Source: Pseudomonadota bacterium (GTDB taxonomy: Bacteria; Bdellovibrionota_B; Oligoflexia; Silvanigrellales; Silvanigrellaceae). Taken from it: DNA of 26,823 nt. The notes beneath the pieces were generated by a model. It was not told where the DNA came from. It did not search any database and worked only from the letters and a program-made list of their open reading frames with translations. Where the stretch lies: assembly GCA_039799905.1 (NCBI GenBank), contig JBDLRP010000051.1, forward strand, positions 1-26,823, read 5' to 3'. Positions 8,163 through 17,817 of the stretch are shown piece by piece; position 1 is the first letter of the stretch; the number at the start of each line of letters is the position of its first letter. Both the position numbers and the translations under genes were made by a program.

Positions 8163-10940
8163 ATGTCGATCAAGCCAGATTCTCAGACACAACGAGCACA
8201 ATCGAGCGCACACCTGGCACAGGCGTCGAACAACATCCACTCCAGCAGCGAAGACGAATCGCGCACAGCGCTGAAAGAATTGGCGGGCCACGCAAGCAAT
8301 GACGCCGCACGCGCTCTTATCGATGCATTCCGCCAATGCCACTGGCGCGACACGAAGCTCGAAATCCTCAGAGCCCTCGGCCAGAACGGCAGTCAACGTG
8401 CAATTGAATTTCTTCTCCGTGTGGCGAACAGCCACTTTCCGACAGGACACGCCGAAGGCAAGGACACCGGACTGTGTCAGGAAACCCTGCTTGCACTCGG
8501 CGACACACGCGACCCGCTTGCGGCGAGTTATCTGCTGCATCGGCTCGAAAGTAGTCCTGCCTACATGAAGACCTACATCATCAATGCACTGGCACGTATT
8601 CCCGATCTACGGGCGGCGCCGTATCTTTACCAACTGATGTCATCCAAGGAATGCGAAGAGCATCCTCAGTTGCTGCGCAACATCGTCGTCGCTCTTGCAG
8701 AAATGAAGGATACGACAGCGCTCCCGCAACTCCTCAAAATGCTGCGCCAACGCCTGCATGGCAGCGGACACCCGCCGGATGCAACGTCGCTCACACTGCT
8801 CTCCGCGATTGCGCGACTTTCGCGTCAGGCAGAAGACATTCAACAGTTCGAGCGCGCATTCGAGGGAGAGATGCTGCACCAGCAATTTTTCCGCCAATGC
8901 CAGACTCAAGTCAGCTTCCGCAGTCAGTGGTCGCTGGAAGACTACCTTGGGAAAATCTTTCTCTCTGAACAAATTCATCACTCGCTTCCACTTGAGCTCA
9001 ATTCCTTTTCCGCGGCGGACGTCGGCGAGGCTCTGTCGATTTTTGCGGGCGAGGAAAAGCATTTCACACGCCTATGCAACACTCTTGCCGCCACACTTCA
9101 TGCCGACGACTTCATCACGCGCTACATCAGCAGCGGGCAACTCAACAAGCAACAGGCGACTTGCCTGCTGGACAACATCGCATTGCAAAGAGGTCCGGCG
9201 GCGCGCCGCTTGTGCGAGGAGCTCGAACGCGAACATCTCGGACTGTTGTGGTCGAGCAACGAAGCTGAACCGCTGATGATCAGTTGGCTGAAAGCTATCG
9301 TTTGTATCAGCGAACGCCCGCATGAAAGCCTTTCAGAGCTGATGAACTCTCCGCGCTACCAGAAGGCTCACGAGCGTCAGAAAATAGAAGTGATCAATGC
9401 ATTCGTGAACTGCTGTCTGGTTTATCAAACAGAGAGCGTCTGGCCGAAAAAGCGACTTCAGTTCATCACCGAACTGATTCAGAACGAATCTTCAACTTTG
9501 GTTTTGGGCCGGTGGCTGCGCGCGTTGGGTGAAATCGGTTTGGGTGATCTCAAATGGAACGACGAGCTCAGGACGAAAGTCATTCAAACCCCCAACCTGC
9601 ACGCAAGTGTGCTGCTCATGTTAGAAAATGAGGATGAGCACCAAAACACCGCTCTGCTCAGAGATCTTCAGAGCACCTTGCTGCGCGATCGGCCGGAATA
9701 CACCGCTCTCTTCCTGCGCGCCTGTGCGACACTGCGCAACTCGGAAAAGGATCTTCCCTCCGATGCTCTTCTGAAAGCTGCTCTGGATTCACAAAATCGC
9801 GATGATCTTCTTGCTGCACTCAATTATCTTTGTCACCACCCGCGCCTTGCCTGCCTCGAGCCACTCATCCCACTGTTGACTGAATCAGCCGGCGAAACAC
9901 GAGTCACAGTAGCGGCAATCGTGGCGGCGCGGGCGCTGCGTCATGAAAAGACAATTGCGCCGCTCATCACCTGCCTGCAATCCCATAACAAAGTTGTTTC
10001 AGGTCGAGCGCTCGATGCTCTTCTCTACATGGAACAACAGCGTGCAAACGAAGCAGTTATTCGCTATTTGGTAGACCATCTCGGCAACCCCTCCGTCTGT
10101 GACAAGGTTTTGCGCAGCCTGAAAGCCTCCTCCAACGGTCAGGCCGAACTCGCCGATCTCCTCGAAAAGGCCACAGCACACACAGGAGACACTTCACTCA
10201 AAGAAGCTCTTCTTGACCTCGCCGCACGGCTCAGATTCGGCGATTCACAGAGCGCGGCCACTTTTCCGACTGCGGACGCCATCCGCGAAATTGACCGGCA
10301 GCTGGAGAGCAGGATCGTTGACTACGCGCGATTGGCCGACCCTATCAAGGCGTCGCTGCGCAGCGCGGAACTGCCGCTCAACCAACCCGAACTTTTTGAG
10401 GCGACTGTCGATAAGTCATCATCCGTCGTGCAATACTGCAAGGCGCTGGACTTGACCTTGGAAAAAGAATTCGGACAAAAGATCCTGTTTCCAAAAATGG
10501 AACAGCAACTTCATATTTTTCAGAATATTCTTCATCAGGCCGAGCTCGACACCGATTCTCCCAATATGAATCTTGTCCTCCGCCACCTGCGCGCCGAGAG
10601 AGTGTTCGATCTCAGCAATTTTCCGGCGAGCAAAATGACGATGATTGCCCGCAGTATCATCAATGGAAAAATCCTCCGTGAACGGACCCAGACCATCGAC
10701 GGTTTAAAGGCTTGGGCCGTGCTCATTCTGCTCTTCTCGGGGCATGAGCGACTGTGGGGCGCGGCACTTGCAAAAAAAGACCCTCTCGCATTCCCGATGC
10801 TCGCGCATAAGTTGGTCGTCCTGCAAGATTTACGCAACCCCGCTGCGCACCGTCAGACGATGCTTGCCCTTGCACCGCTCAGCGAAATACGCAAAGAGGT
10901 CTTTCAAGTTTTTTCACTCATAAAAAAAGCATTCGAGTGA
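8163..10940 (+). CDS. HEAT-repeat protein with C-terminal HEPN-like domain
   Basis: Repeated HEAT-like units (EILRALGQNGSQRAIEFLL, ETLLALGDTRDPLAASYLL, IINALARIPDLRAAPYLY, IVVALAEMKDTTALPQLL, AIVAARALRHEKTIAPLI). C-terminus has DKSSSVVQYCKALDLTLEK and LQDLRNPAAH. Start 8163 chosen because the track start 8070 would run through the recA terminator. Confidence 0.8.
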   Translation: MSIKPDSQTQRAQSSAHLAQASNNIHSSSEDESRTALKELAGHASNDAARALIDAFRQCHWRDTKLEILRALGQNGSQRAIEFLLRVANSHFPTGHAEGKDTGLCQETLLALGDTRDPLAASYLLHRLESSPAYMKTYIINALARIPDLRAAPYLYQLMSSKECEEHPQLLRNIVVALAEMKDTTALPQLLKMLRQRLHGSGHPPDATSLTLLSAIARLSRQAEDIQQFERAFEGEMLHQQFFRQCQTQVSFRSQWSLEDYLGKIFLSEQIHHSLPLELNSFSAADVGEALSIFAGEEKHFTRLCNTLAATLHADDFITRYISSGQLNKQQATCLLDNIALQRGPAARRLCEELEREHLGLLWSSNEAEPLMISWLKAIVCISERPHESLSELMNSPRYQKAHERQKIEVINAFVNCCLVYQTESVWPKKRLQFITELIQNESSTLVLGRWLRALGEIGLGDLKWNDELRTKVIQTPNLHASVLLMLENEDEHQNTALLRDLQSTLLRDRPEYTALFLRACATLRNSEKDLPSDALLKAALDSQNRDDLLAALNYLCHHPRLACLEPLIPLLTESAGETRVTVAAIVAARALRHEKTIAPLITCLQSHNKVVSGRALDALLYMEQQRANEAVIRYLVDHLGNPSVCDKVLRSLKASSNGQAELADLLEKATAHTGDTSLKEALLDLAARLRFGDSQSAATFPTADAIREIDRQLESRIVDYARLADPIKASLRSAELPLNQPELFEATVDKSSSVVQYCKALDLTLEKEFGQKILFPKMEQQLHIFQNILHQAELDTDSPNMNLVLRHLRAERVFDLSNFPASKMTMIARSIINGKILRERTQTIDGLKAWAVLILLFSGHERLWGAALAKKDPLAFPMLAHKLVVLQDLRNPAAHRQTMLALAPLSEIRKEVFQVFSLIKKAFE

Positions 10941-10993
10941 CAGCCGGCTGCGCTCTGCTGACGATGCAGTTGTTATTCCAATCGTTGAGCAAG

Positions 10994-12667
10994 TCAGCGC
11001 CTTGAAATTCGCTTCAGCTGCCTTTTGAGTGTCAGGCGCAAATTCTCGGGGCCGTATTTCCAGACTAAGAGCGCGGCAAACGCTGCCCAGACGCCGCCAA
11101 GTAAAGCCAACCACATGAGAGAGACTGGCAGGCGCGTCAGCGGACCAATCTTCCAGACTTCCGAATCAGAGTTCCACAGCCATTGTGCTGCGCCGACTCC
11201 AGCAAGACCCAAGGCGAAAGCCAAACTTCCCAGAATCAAGATTGCCCGATGCAGCGGCGAGGCCTCGGGCCCATGCAGCGCCTGAAGTGAGAACCCCTGC
11301 CGCACGGAAATGCGCCGGAGAAAATACCAATTGAGGGCGAAATCCGCCGCTGCAGAAAGACTGTTTGACAAGCCGAGTCCGACAATCCCCAATCGCGGTG
11401 CCAGCAGAGTGCTCAAGGTGGCATTCAGGCAAAGATAAATCATCGCATTGAGCATCGAACGACGCACGTCGTTGAAGGCATAAAACCCCTGCATGAGGAC
11501 CTTGCTGCCCGAATTGAATACCATGCCGATGGCATATGCACTCACCGCTATCGCATTTTGAACCGAATCGGCCGCAGTGACCCGACCGTGCTCCAGCAAA
11601 GCCACACACAATGGCACGCCCATCAGCGCAAAAGCAGACAACGAGAGCCACGAAAGCCAAAAGGCACTCTGCAGGCTGTCGGCCATGAGGAGTGCAAAGC
11701 GTTTGCCGTCGCCGTCCTGAACCGCCTGACTCAAGGCGGGCAGACTGGCGAAACCGGCGGCCACTCCAAACAAGCCAACGGGAACCAGGATAATCACCTG
11801 CGCATTGGTGATATACGTAATGGCGCCTTCGCCGGCCGCTGTCGCAAAGTGGGTGTTGACAAACAAAGCCAACGAGAGAGCACCTTGGCTGACTGCGCGC
11901 GGCGCCATCATGAGCAACATAGATTTAAGCGGAGCGGAATTGTACCACGCGAAGGGCGACAAGTTCGGCCAAGGAAAAAATCCATCTCTCAGCAGCGGCA
12001 AGAGCTGATACAGAAACTGGAGAAATCCTCCTGCGAGAGTTCCGTAGGCCAACCCCAAAATTGGATCGACCGCGAAAGCAGATGCAAAACTTCCTCCCAA
12101 AATTGCACCTGTGATTGTGCCCACATTGAAAAACGCCGAAGCAATCGTCGCACGGAAAGTCTGTCCGCGCACCCCGAGCAAACTCATGGCCAATGCGGAA
12201 ATCATTGCAATCGGCAGATAAAAAACCAGCACCTTAAAACAACTGACGGCAAGCTGAAAACCGCCGCGGGCCCGAAACTCGGAAGAACTCACCGAGCCAA
12301 CGATCGGCTCGGCAAATGACCAGCCCAGCAAAGACAATCCGAGAGTCACACACAGAAAAAATCCAGACACCACCGCAACTAGATTCCGCAGCGAATCTTC
12401 GCTGTCCCTGCGGGCTTCAACAACTTCTTTTGTGAATGCCGCCGAGAGTGCGCCCTCGGCAAACAGATCGCGAAGCACCGAAGGAAAGCGCAGTGCAACG
12501 TTGAAGGCGTCCAGACGGGTACTTGCGCCAAAAACTGCATTAACCACCTGCGATCTAAAAATACCTGACAAACGCGAGAGAAGAATACCCAGACTTGCGA
12601 ACGCCGTGCGCTTGGCAAGCGCTGCTCGCTCTTGAGAGGAAGGATCGACCGCGGACGGATGCGTCAT
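10994..12667 (-). CDS. murJ: Lipid II flippase MurJ (MviN)
   Basis: LLSRLSGIFRSQV...FGA...DAFNVALRFPSVLRDLFAEGALSAAF, PVGLFGVA, GFYA; many TM helices. Alternative start 12694. Confidence 0.93.
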   Translation of the reverse strand: MTHPSAVDPSSQERAALAKRTAFASLGILLSRLSGIFRSQVVNAVFGASTRLDAFNVALRFPSVLRDLFAEGALSAAFTKEVVEARRDSEDSLRNLVAVVSGFFLCVTLGLSLLGWSFAEPIVGSVSSSEFRARGGFQLAVSCFKVLVFYLPIAMISALAMSLLGVRGQTFRATIASAFFNVGTITGAILGGSFASAFAVDPILGLAYGTLAGGFLQFLYQLLPLLRDGFFPWPNLSPFAWYNSAPLKSMLLMMAPRAVSQGALSLALFVNTHFATAAGEGAITYITNAQVIILVPVGLFGVAAGFASLPALSQAVQDGDGKRFALLMADSLQSAFWLSWLSLSAFALMGVPLCVALLEHGRVTAADSVQNAIAVSAYAIGMVFNSGSKVLMQGFYAFNDVRRSMLNAMIYLCLNATLSTLLAPRLGIVGLGLSNSLSAAADFALNWYFLRRISVRQGFSLQALHGPEASPLHRAILILGSLAFALGLAGVGAAQWLWNSDSEVWKIGPLTRLPVSLMWLALLGGVWAAFAALLVWKYGPENLRLTLKRQLKRISRR

Positions 12668-12740
12668 GAAGGACACTTTCCCTGCAATGAACATGAATTT
12701 TGTGGCACTAAAGAAACTCTATCTCAATTGCGGTGATTCG

Positions 12741-13733
12741 TTAAAGGTTGACCTGCGTCGGCAATGGCATCTGACCGGCCAACAACGCACTGACATTTTC
12801 CAGCACCTTGGCGCCCATGGCGGTGCGCGTTTCAACCGTTGCAGAACCCAGATGCGGAAGAATGACAAGATTGGGTGCGGCACGGAGGACGTCACTCACC
12901 ACGGGTTCGCCGCAAAACACATCGACCCCCGCGCCGTATAGATGACCACTCTGCAAAGCCGATGCCAGCGCAGCCTCATCAACAACATCTCCGCGCGCAG
13001 TGTTGATGACGATTGAACCTCTTTTGAGCTGAGCTATGCGCGACGCATTGAGCCATGAGCGGGTTTGTGGCGTGAGCGGGCAATGCAACGAAAGCACGTC
13101 GGTTGCGGCAAGAAACTCGGTTTCAGAAAGACGAGGAACATCATCTTCACGAATGCCTCCTGCACGCAATGACTGCAAAGAGACGACGTTCATTCCGAAC
13201 ACTTTCGCGCGGGCGGCGACTTTTCTGCCAATGTCACCCAAGCCGACAATGCCGAGTGTACGCCCTTTCAGATCAATGCCCAGACCGTAAGTCGGCGACC
13301 ATCCCGCAAAACGGCCCTGTGTTTGAATTTCATTTGCACCATCGCAAAGTCGCCGAGCGACCATCAGCATCAGGGCCAAAGTCAGATCGGCAGTCGCGTC
13401 GGCCAGCACGTGTGGTGTGTTGGTCACAGCCAATGAGAGTTCCTTCGCGGCTTGGACATCGATGTTGTTAAAACCAACGGCATAGTTGGCAATTAGGCGA
13501 AGATTGGGAAGTCGGGCTTTCAGCAGAACCAGCGTATCGCGATCGAGGACGTCAGTGAGCAGAGTCACCAGTCCAACGGTGGCCAGCCTCTGCTCGAGCG
13601 AAATTCGGGCCAGGCGCTCCGCGATTGTCAACCCCGCAGGAAGCACCTCGAGACAAACTCGCCTGCCAGCGACAGTCTGCGACCCGGCTGGCAAACCAGG
13701 ACACTCGCATGAAAGCAAAATTGTATTTTCCAT
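12741..13733 (-). CDS. D-isomer-specific 2-hydroxyacid dehydrogenase (glyoxylate/hydroxypyruvate reductase, GhrB-like)
   Basis: AVGFNNIDV, VTNTPHVLADATAD, GIVGLGDIG, SLHCPLT, INTARG, DVFCGEP, PHLGSAT; GGGAGG RBS. Confidence 0.9.
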   Translation of the reverse strand: MENTILLSCECPGLPAGSQTVAGRRVCLEVLPAGLTIAERLARISLEQRLATVGLVTLLTDVLDRDTLVLLKARLPNLRLIANYAVGFNNIDVQAAKELSLAVTNTPHVLADATADLTLALMLMVARRLCDGANEIQTQGRFAGWSPTYGLGIDLKGRTLGIVGLGDIGRKVAARAKVFGMNVVSLQSLRAGGIREDDVPRLSETEFLAATDVLSLHCPLTPQTRSWLNASRIAQLKRGSIVINTARGDVVDEAALASALQSGHLYGAGVDVFCGEPVVSDVLRAAPNLVILPHLGSATVETRTAMGAKVLENVSALLAGQMPLPTQVNL

Positions 13734-13900
13734 GCGTCAGAACCTCCCGTTATCGGACCGAAACAACAAGAAAAATCAGAACTATTGAAGCAATCAATAA
13801 ATCATTGGCCGAGCAAACCGCCCCGTAGAACTAATTGTCATAAACACCTGTTAATACACCTTCTATATCAGCACGTTATTCAAAAGTACAAAAATTCAAA

Positions 13901-13928
13901 TCAAGAGTTGGGTATTTTTTGCCGACCT
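13901..13928 (+). promoter_or_regulatory. sigma28/FliA-like promoter
   Basis: TCAAG-N15-GCCGACCT, 33 nt before ATG 13962. Confidence 0.45.
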
Positions 13929-13961
13929 TGCCTCAAGATCGAGCGGCTGAGAGGGGGAGCA

Positions 13962-15893
13962 ATGAGGACTCTAGTTCTTGCACTGACTTCTGTTTTTGCG
14001 GTGAGTTGCAACCAGCAACAGAACGGCGCCGGAGACAAACTCGTCGCCATTGCGCCACCTGCGCTGATCAGTGACCCCGGTAAGCAGCCCCCGAAAGACA
14101 ACGGCGATGCTGGTGGCGTCGATTTGAACCTTCAGGCAAGCAAGATCCTCAAAGAAAACTGCGCCTCCTGCCATGACGGCAAAACCAAATCAGGCAACTT
14201 CGGTTCGGTTGAGAATGTCGAAGAAATGATTTCCAGCAAGCGCTTCATCGTTGCGGGTGACGCCGACAAATCACTCATTTATCAACGTATGAAAGTGAAC
14301 ATGCCGCCCGGCAAGTTGGTTGATTCGAAAAGCATGGAAGTTATGAAAAAGTGGATCGAGGGCCTGAAAGAACCGAGCCGCGAGACCGTCACTCTGGAAG
14401 CTATGTATAAGCTCATCGAAAAGGACCTCGAAAAGCCAGAGCTGCAATCCAAGGCTGCGCGGGAAGGCCTGCGCTACTTTACCCTGCACGTGCCTTACAA
14501 TCAGGGCGTAACCTCGACGAACGTCGAGGTGTTCCGAAAAGCGTTTGCGAAAGTTCTCAACTCGGTGTCGTTCGCCTCGCGCATCGTGAAACCCCGCGCC
14601 ATTGACAGCAACAACCTTTTGTTTGCCGTGAACATCAAAGACTTGGGACAAAAGGTATCCGACTTTGAATCTATTATCTCGGATTTCTACCCCTTCTGTA
14701 ATGGCGACACTTTTGCACTCGCAGGTGGTAGTCAGCATAAGGTGTTCAAAGAAAAACTCGGAACTGCCTGCTATTTGATTCGAGCCGACTGGTTTGCGGC
14801 TACCGCAGCACTACCAGAACCATACAACCGTTTCCTCAAGCAGGGTAACACGCGTCAGGAGTTGGATGAAAAGCTCGGAATCAATGTCAATGAAAACCTA
14901 AAAGAGAGAAAGGTGATCCGTGCCGGTTTCAGAAACTCTGGAGTATCCAGCTTCAACCGCATGATCGAACGCCATGACCAGTCCAACGGACTTGGTTATT
15001 GGATCAGTTACGACTTTGGTAAGCTCGAAGATGAAGAGAACCTGTTTACCCGCCCACTCGGTCCAATCGAATTGCTTGAAGGGGCGATTCCCGAAGAAAA
15101 AGGTGATCCGGTTGTCTTTAAGCACGATGGTGGAGAAGTGATCTATCACCTTCCCAATGGGTTGTTTGGTTACTATCTCGCAACAGGCGACGGCAAGAGA
15201 ATTGACAAAGGACCGACCTTTATCGTCCGGCAGGACGGAGCTCCAACCCAGTTTGTCTCGGCGATTGTCAACGGTGTTTCGTGCATGAACTGCCACAACG
15301 CCGGAATCATCAAGAAAGACGATGACGTGAAACGGCTGACTGATGAGATGATTCGTGACGAAGTGGTCAGTTTCTCTGAAAAACAAAAAGAGCTGATTGC
15401 CGAGCTTTATGTTCCTCCAGCAGCCATGAATAAGAAGATGGATGAAGACAATGAACATTACTTCAAGGCACTCAAAGAACTTGACATCGACCGTGAAAAA
15501 CCGGATCCAGTGATCGAGGCGTTCCGCATCTACAACCGCAACCTTGTGAAGGAAGACCTTGCGCACGAGCTGACGCTGGAGAGCAACCTGTTCAGCCAAA
15601 TCTTTGCCTCGAAGACCTTCACTCGCCTCTGGGGTGCACTGTCAACGCAAGGAACCTACATATCACGTGACGAGTTCCAATCAGGTGTTGCTCTGATTGC
15701 GTCTATCAAAGGGTTCGAAGAGTTTTTGAAAGAACCGAAAAAAGGCGAGTACGTCGTCAGTGCCGCTTGTATGTTCAAAGACCAGCTTAAGATGGACCAA
15801 TGCGTGATCACCAAAGCCGACGCAGAGAAAAAGCTAAAAATAGCTGAAAAAGAAGCGAAGGCAGCTGGAAGCTCAGGCGGAACATCAAACTGA
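13962..15893 (+). CDS. Putative lipoprotein, two-haem c-type cytochrome with an N-terminal planctomycete-type cytochrome c domain
   Basis: GGGGGAG RBS; MRTLVLALTSVFAVS-C lipoprotein-like signal; CASCH (14160-14174) with downstream GDADKSLIYQRM..NMPP; second motif CMNCH (15282-15296). Confidence 0.8.
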   Translation: MRTLVLALTSVFAVSCNQQQNGAGDKLVAIAPPALISDPGKQPPKDNGDAGGVDLNLQASKILKENCASCHDGKTKSGNFGSVENVEEMISSKRFIVAGDADKSLIYQRMKVNMPPGKLVDSKSMEVMKKWIEGLKEPSRETVTLEAMYKLIEKDLEKPELQSKAAREGLRYFTLHVPYNQGVTSTNVEVFRKAFAKVLNSVSFASRIVKPRAIDSNNLLFAVNIKDLGQKVSDFESIISDFYPFCNGDTFALAGGSQHKVFKEKLGTACYLIRADWFAATAALPEPYNRFLKQGNTRQELDEKLGINVNENLKERKVIRAGFRNSGVSSFNRMIERHDQSNGLGYWISYDFGKLEDEENLFTRPLGPIELLEGAIPEEKGDPVVFKHDGGEVIYHLPNGLFGYYLATGDGKRIDKGPTFIVRQDGAPTQFVSAIVNGVSCMNCHNAGIIKKDDDVKRLTDEMIRDEVVSFSEKQKELIAELYVPPAAMNKKMDEDNEHYFKALKELDIDREKPDPVIEAFRIYNRNLVKEDLAHELTLESNLFSQIFASKTFTRLWGALSTQGTYISRDEFQSGVALIASIKGFEEFLKEPKKGEYVVSAACMFKDQLKMDQCVITKADAEKKLKIAEKEAKAAGSSGGTSN

Positions 15894-15905
15894 CACCCCG
15901 CAGCG

Positions 15906-15951
15906 AAAAACGGCATCTGTGCGAAAGCATAGATGCCGTTTTTGTCTTTTT
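15906..15951. terminator. Bidirectional intrinsic terminator
   Basis: AAAAACGGCATCTGTGC-GAAA-GCATAGATGCCGTTTTT with an A-run before and T-runs after; lies between convergent genes. Confidence 0.9.
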
Positions 15952-16021
15952 GAAACGTTAGTATCCAATTAACTTAGGAAGCTTTTGATAAACACTTTAA
16001 TCTATTCGAGATGTTCGTCCG

Positions 16022-16178
16022 CTGTTAATCTACCGACAGAAAACCTGCCTCAAAGGCTCACCAAGAAGTCCCACCAGTCCTCACTTCACTGGCCGAGACG
16101 GAACGATGTTCACAGTCTCATGGCCCCTACCCCCCGGTCGCGCGTTCGATAAAGGGACGCGCGCGCTCCTGCCTTTTT
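16022..16178. other. GC-rich intergenic segment with five consecutive hairpins
   Basis: CTGT/ACAG, GCCT/AGGC, CCAGT/ACTGG, GAGAC.GAAC/GTTC...GTCTC, CGCGCGTTC/GGACGCGCG; flanked by AT-rich DNA; no long ORF. Confidence 0.3.
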
Positions 16179-16226
16179 CGTGAATTAAAATTTTAACTGA
16201 CGGCTGTGATCAAAAACGACGACGAA

Positions 16227-17060
16227 TCAATTCAACTCAAAAAGGTCGAGCAGAAGAACAACACCCTTTTCTTCTTTCGAATCTGCAATGACAGGCTCAA
16301 TGTCCTGCAGAAAGCTCATCAGCTTTTCTTTCAGCAGTGCCATAGCTTCTTTTGATATGCCCAAAAAGGCAGTGTAGTGCAGGTCTGCAGGAGAGCTACG
16401 CTCAAGCGCTTCAAGGGTTTTGATGCGCCAGTTTGCATGGTGACGCGCGACGTGCCGCGAATGCCGTCCGATATGAATTCGCCCCTTGCCAATTGAAAGC
16501 TGCCCGTGGGCATCCTCAACGACAAGCTCGTTCTTCTTGAGCCAATCGACCACAGTCGAAATTTGCTCAACAGGAAGGCGAAGATGAGCCGCGATTGCCG
16601 AGATAGTTTGTGTCCCTGGCAATGCTGAAAGAATATGCACGGCGCCGAAGACCCAACTCGAATAATAAACTGTCTGCGCTTCGTCGGCGAGCTGCTCGTG
16701 GACGCCGATGCGTTCCTGAACTTCTTCACGCTCCCGAAGCAGAGCCTGCATTTCAGTTCGGTAAAAGTTCTCCAAAGTTTTGCTGCCTGCGCGCTCGGCA
16801 TCCACAAGCAGCATAAAGAAGCGCAATTCATCGTAGGCGAGTGCAAAAAATTCACCGACACGAATGGCTTGTTCACGGCTCAGATGGGCTCGCCGCGAGA
16901 TGACTTGAGATAAAAACGACGATTGGACTCCGAGAAACTTTGCGAGCGCGGCCTGACTCCCACGGGCTTGCGGCATGGCCTTCAACCGTGCATTCAAAAA
17001 CTGCACGTAATCGGTATGATCATATACAACTGTTGATGTGTGACCGGCTGAATCCAACAC
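16227..17060 (-). CDS. TIGR02147/DUF4423 family putative HTH transcriptional regulator
   Basis: DYVQFL...RGSQAALAKFLGVQSSFLSQVISRRAHLSREQA (XRE-like HTH), YYSSWVFGAVHIL, HHANWR, C-terminal LLLDLFEL. Exact start uncertain. Confidence 0.85.
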   Translation of the reverse strand: MLDSAGHTSTVVYDHTDYVQFLNARLKAMPQARGSQAALAKFLGVQSSFLSQVISRRAHLSREQAIRVGEFFALAYDELRFFMLLVDAERAGSKTLENFYRTEMQALLREREEVQERIGVHEQLADEAQTVYYSSWVFGAVHILSALPGTQTISAIAAHLRLPVEQISTVVDWLKKNELVVEDAHGQLSIGKGRIHIGRHSRHVARHHANWRIKTLEALERSSPADLHYTAFLGISKEAMALLKEKLMSFLQDIEPVIADSKEEKGVVLLLDLFELN

Positions 17061-17145
17061 AACAAATTTCCACGTCAGAGTCTTGAAACATCAATGCTAA
17101 AAGACTAAAAACCACGCTCAGACCAATTAGTCAACGGACGGGGTT

Positions 17146-17817
17146 ATGATACAAATCAACCTTCTGCTCATCAGCTGCGTGTTTCTCCTCTCCATGCTGT
17201 CCGCCAATGCGCGTGCGGGCGTGGGAACAAGCGGCGGTGGCCACGTGGTCGTTTGCGACGGTCACAGCTTGGACAAAGTGGGCGGCTACGTCACAATCCT
17301 CGACCTCTACGAGGCCCGCCACGTGCTGAACCTCACCCTTCGCGCACAACAGGATTCTCTTGAAAAAGAATTGGATCTTTTAGCAAAACAGCTGCAAATC
17401 GTGCTTGGAAACGCACTCAGTCTGCCCAATCCGCTGACGGGAGACTCTTTGCTCGAATGGTGGGACAACCGTGCCCAATACATTCCTCGCATGCAGGGTC
17501 ACACCTCCGACCTCGGCGTCGTGCCGCAGTTGCCGAATGCTTGCCATTTCAGGCAGATTGCCATTTTTGATGATTCCAACGAAGTCATACAAGTCAACAA
17601 TGAACTCTGGCAGAGTCTGGATGACTTCAACAAAGCCGCGCTTATTGCGCACGAGCTCATATACCATGAGCGTCGGCTCAGCGACCGCGAGGCTTCATCA
17701 CAAACGTCGCGCTTTCTCGTCGGCCGAATTTTTTCAACTGAGGCACTCGCCGACTCCAACACAATGCTGAGCCAATTCCGCGCCAGTCATCCATCGGGAA
17801 TCAGAACCCCCGAATAA
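17146..17817 (+). CDS. Secreted hypothetical protein of Bdellovibrionota type with an HE-containing, zincin-like motif
   Basis: Signal peptide ending ANARA, then GVGTSGGGHVVVC; LDLYEA; C.FRQIA; LWQSLDDFNKAALIAHELIYH. Confidence 0.75.
   Translation: MIQINLLLISCVFLLSMLSANARAGVGTSGGGHVVVCDGHSLDKVGGYVTILDLYEARHVLNLTLRAQQDSLEKELDLLAKQLQIVLGNALSLPNPLTGDSLLEWWDNRAQYIPRMQGHTSDLGVVPQLPNACHFRQIAIFDDSNEVIQVNNELWQSLDDFNKAALIAHELIYHERRLSDREASSQTSRFLVGRIFSTEALADSNTMLSQFRASHPSGIRTPE

Noticed and set aside
13750..13757. TCCGATAA upstream of the dehydrogenase as a sigma28 promoter
   Set aside because: Good -10 box but no TAAG/TAAA-like -35 at a suitable spacing.
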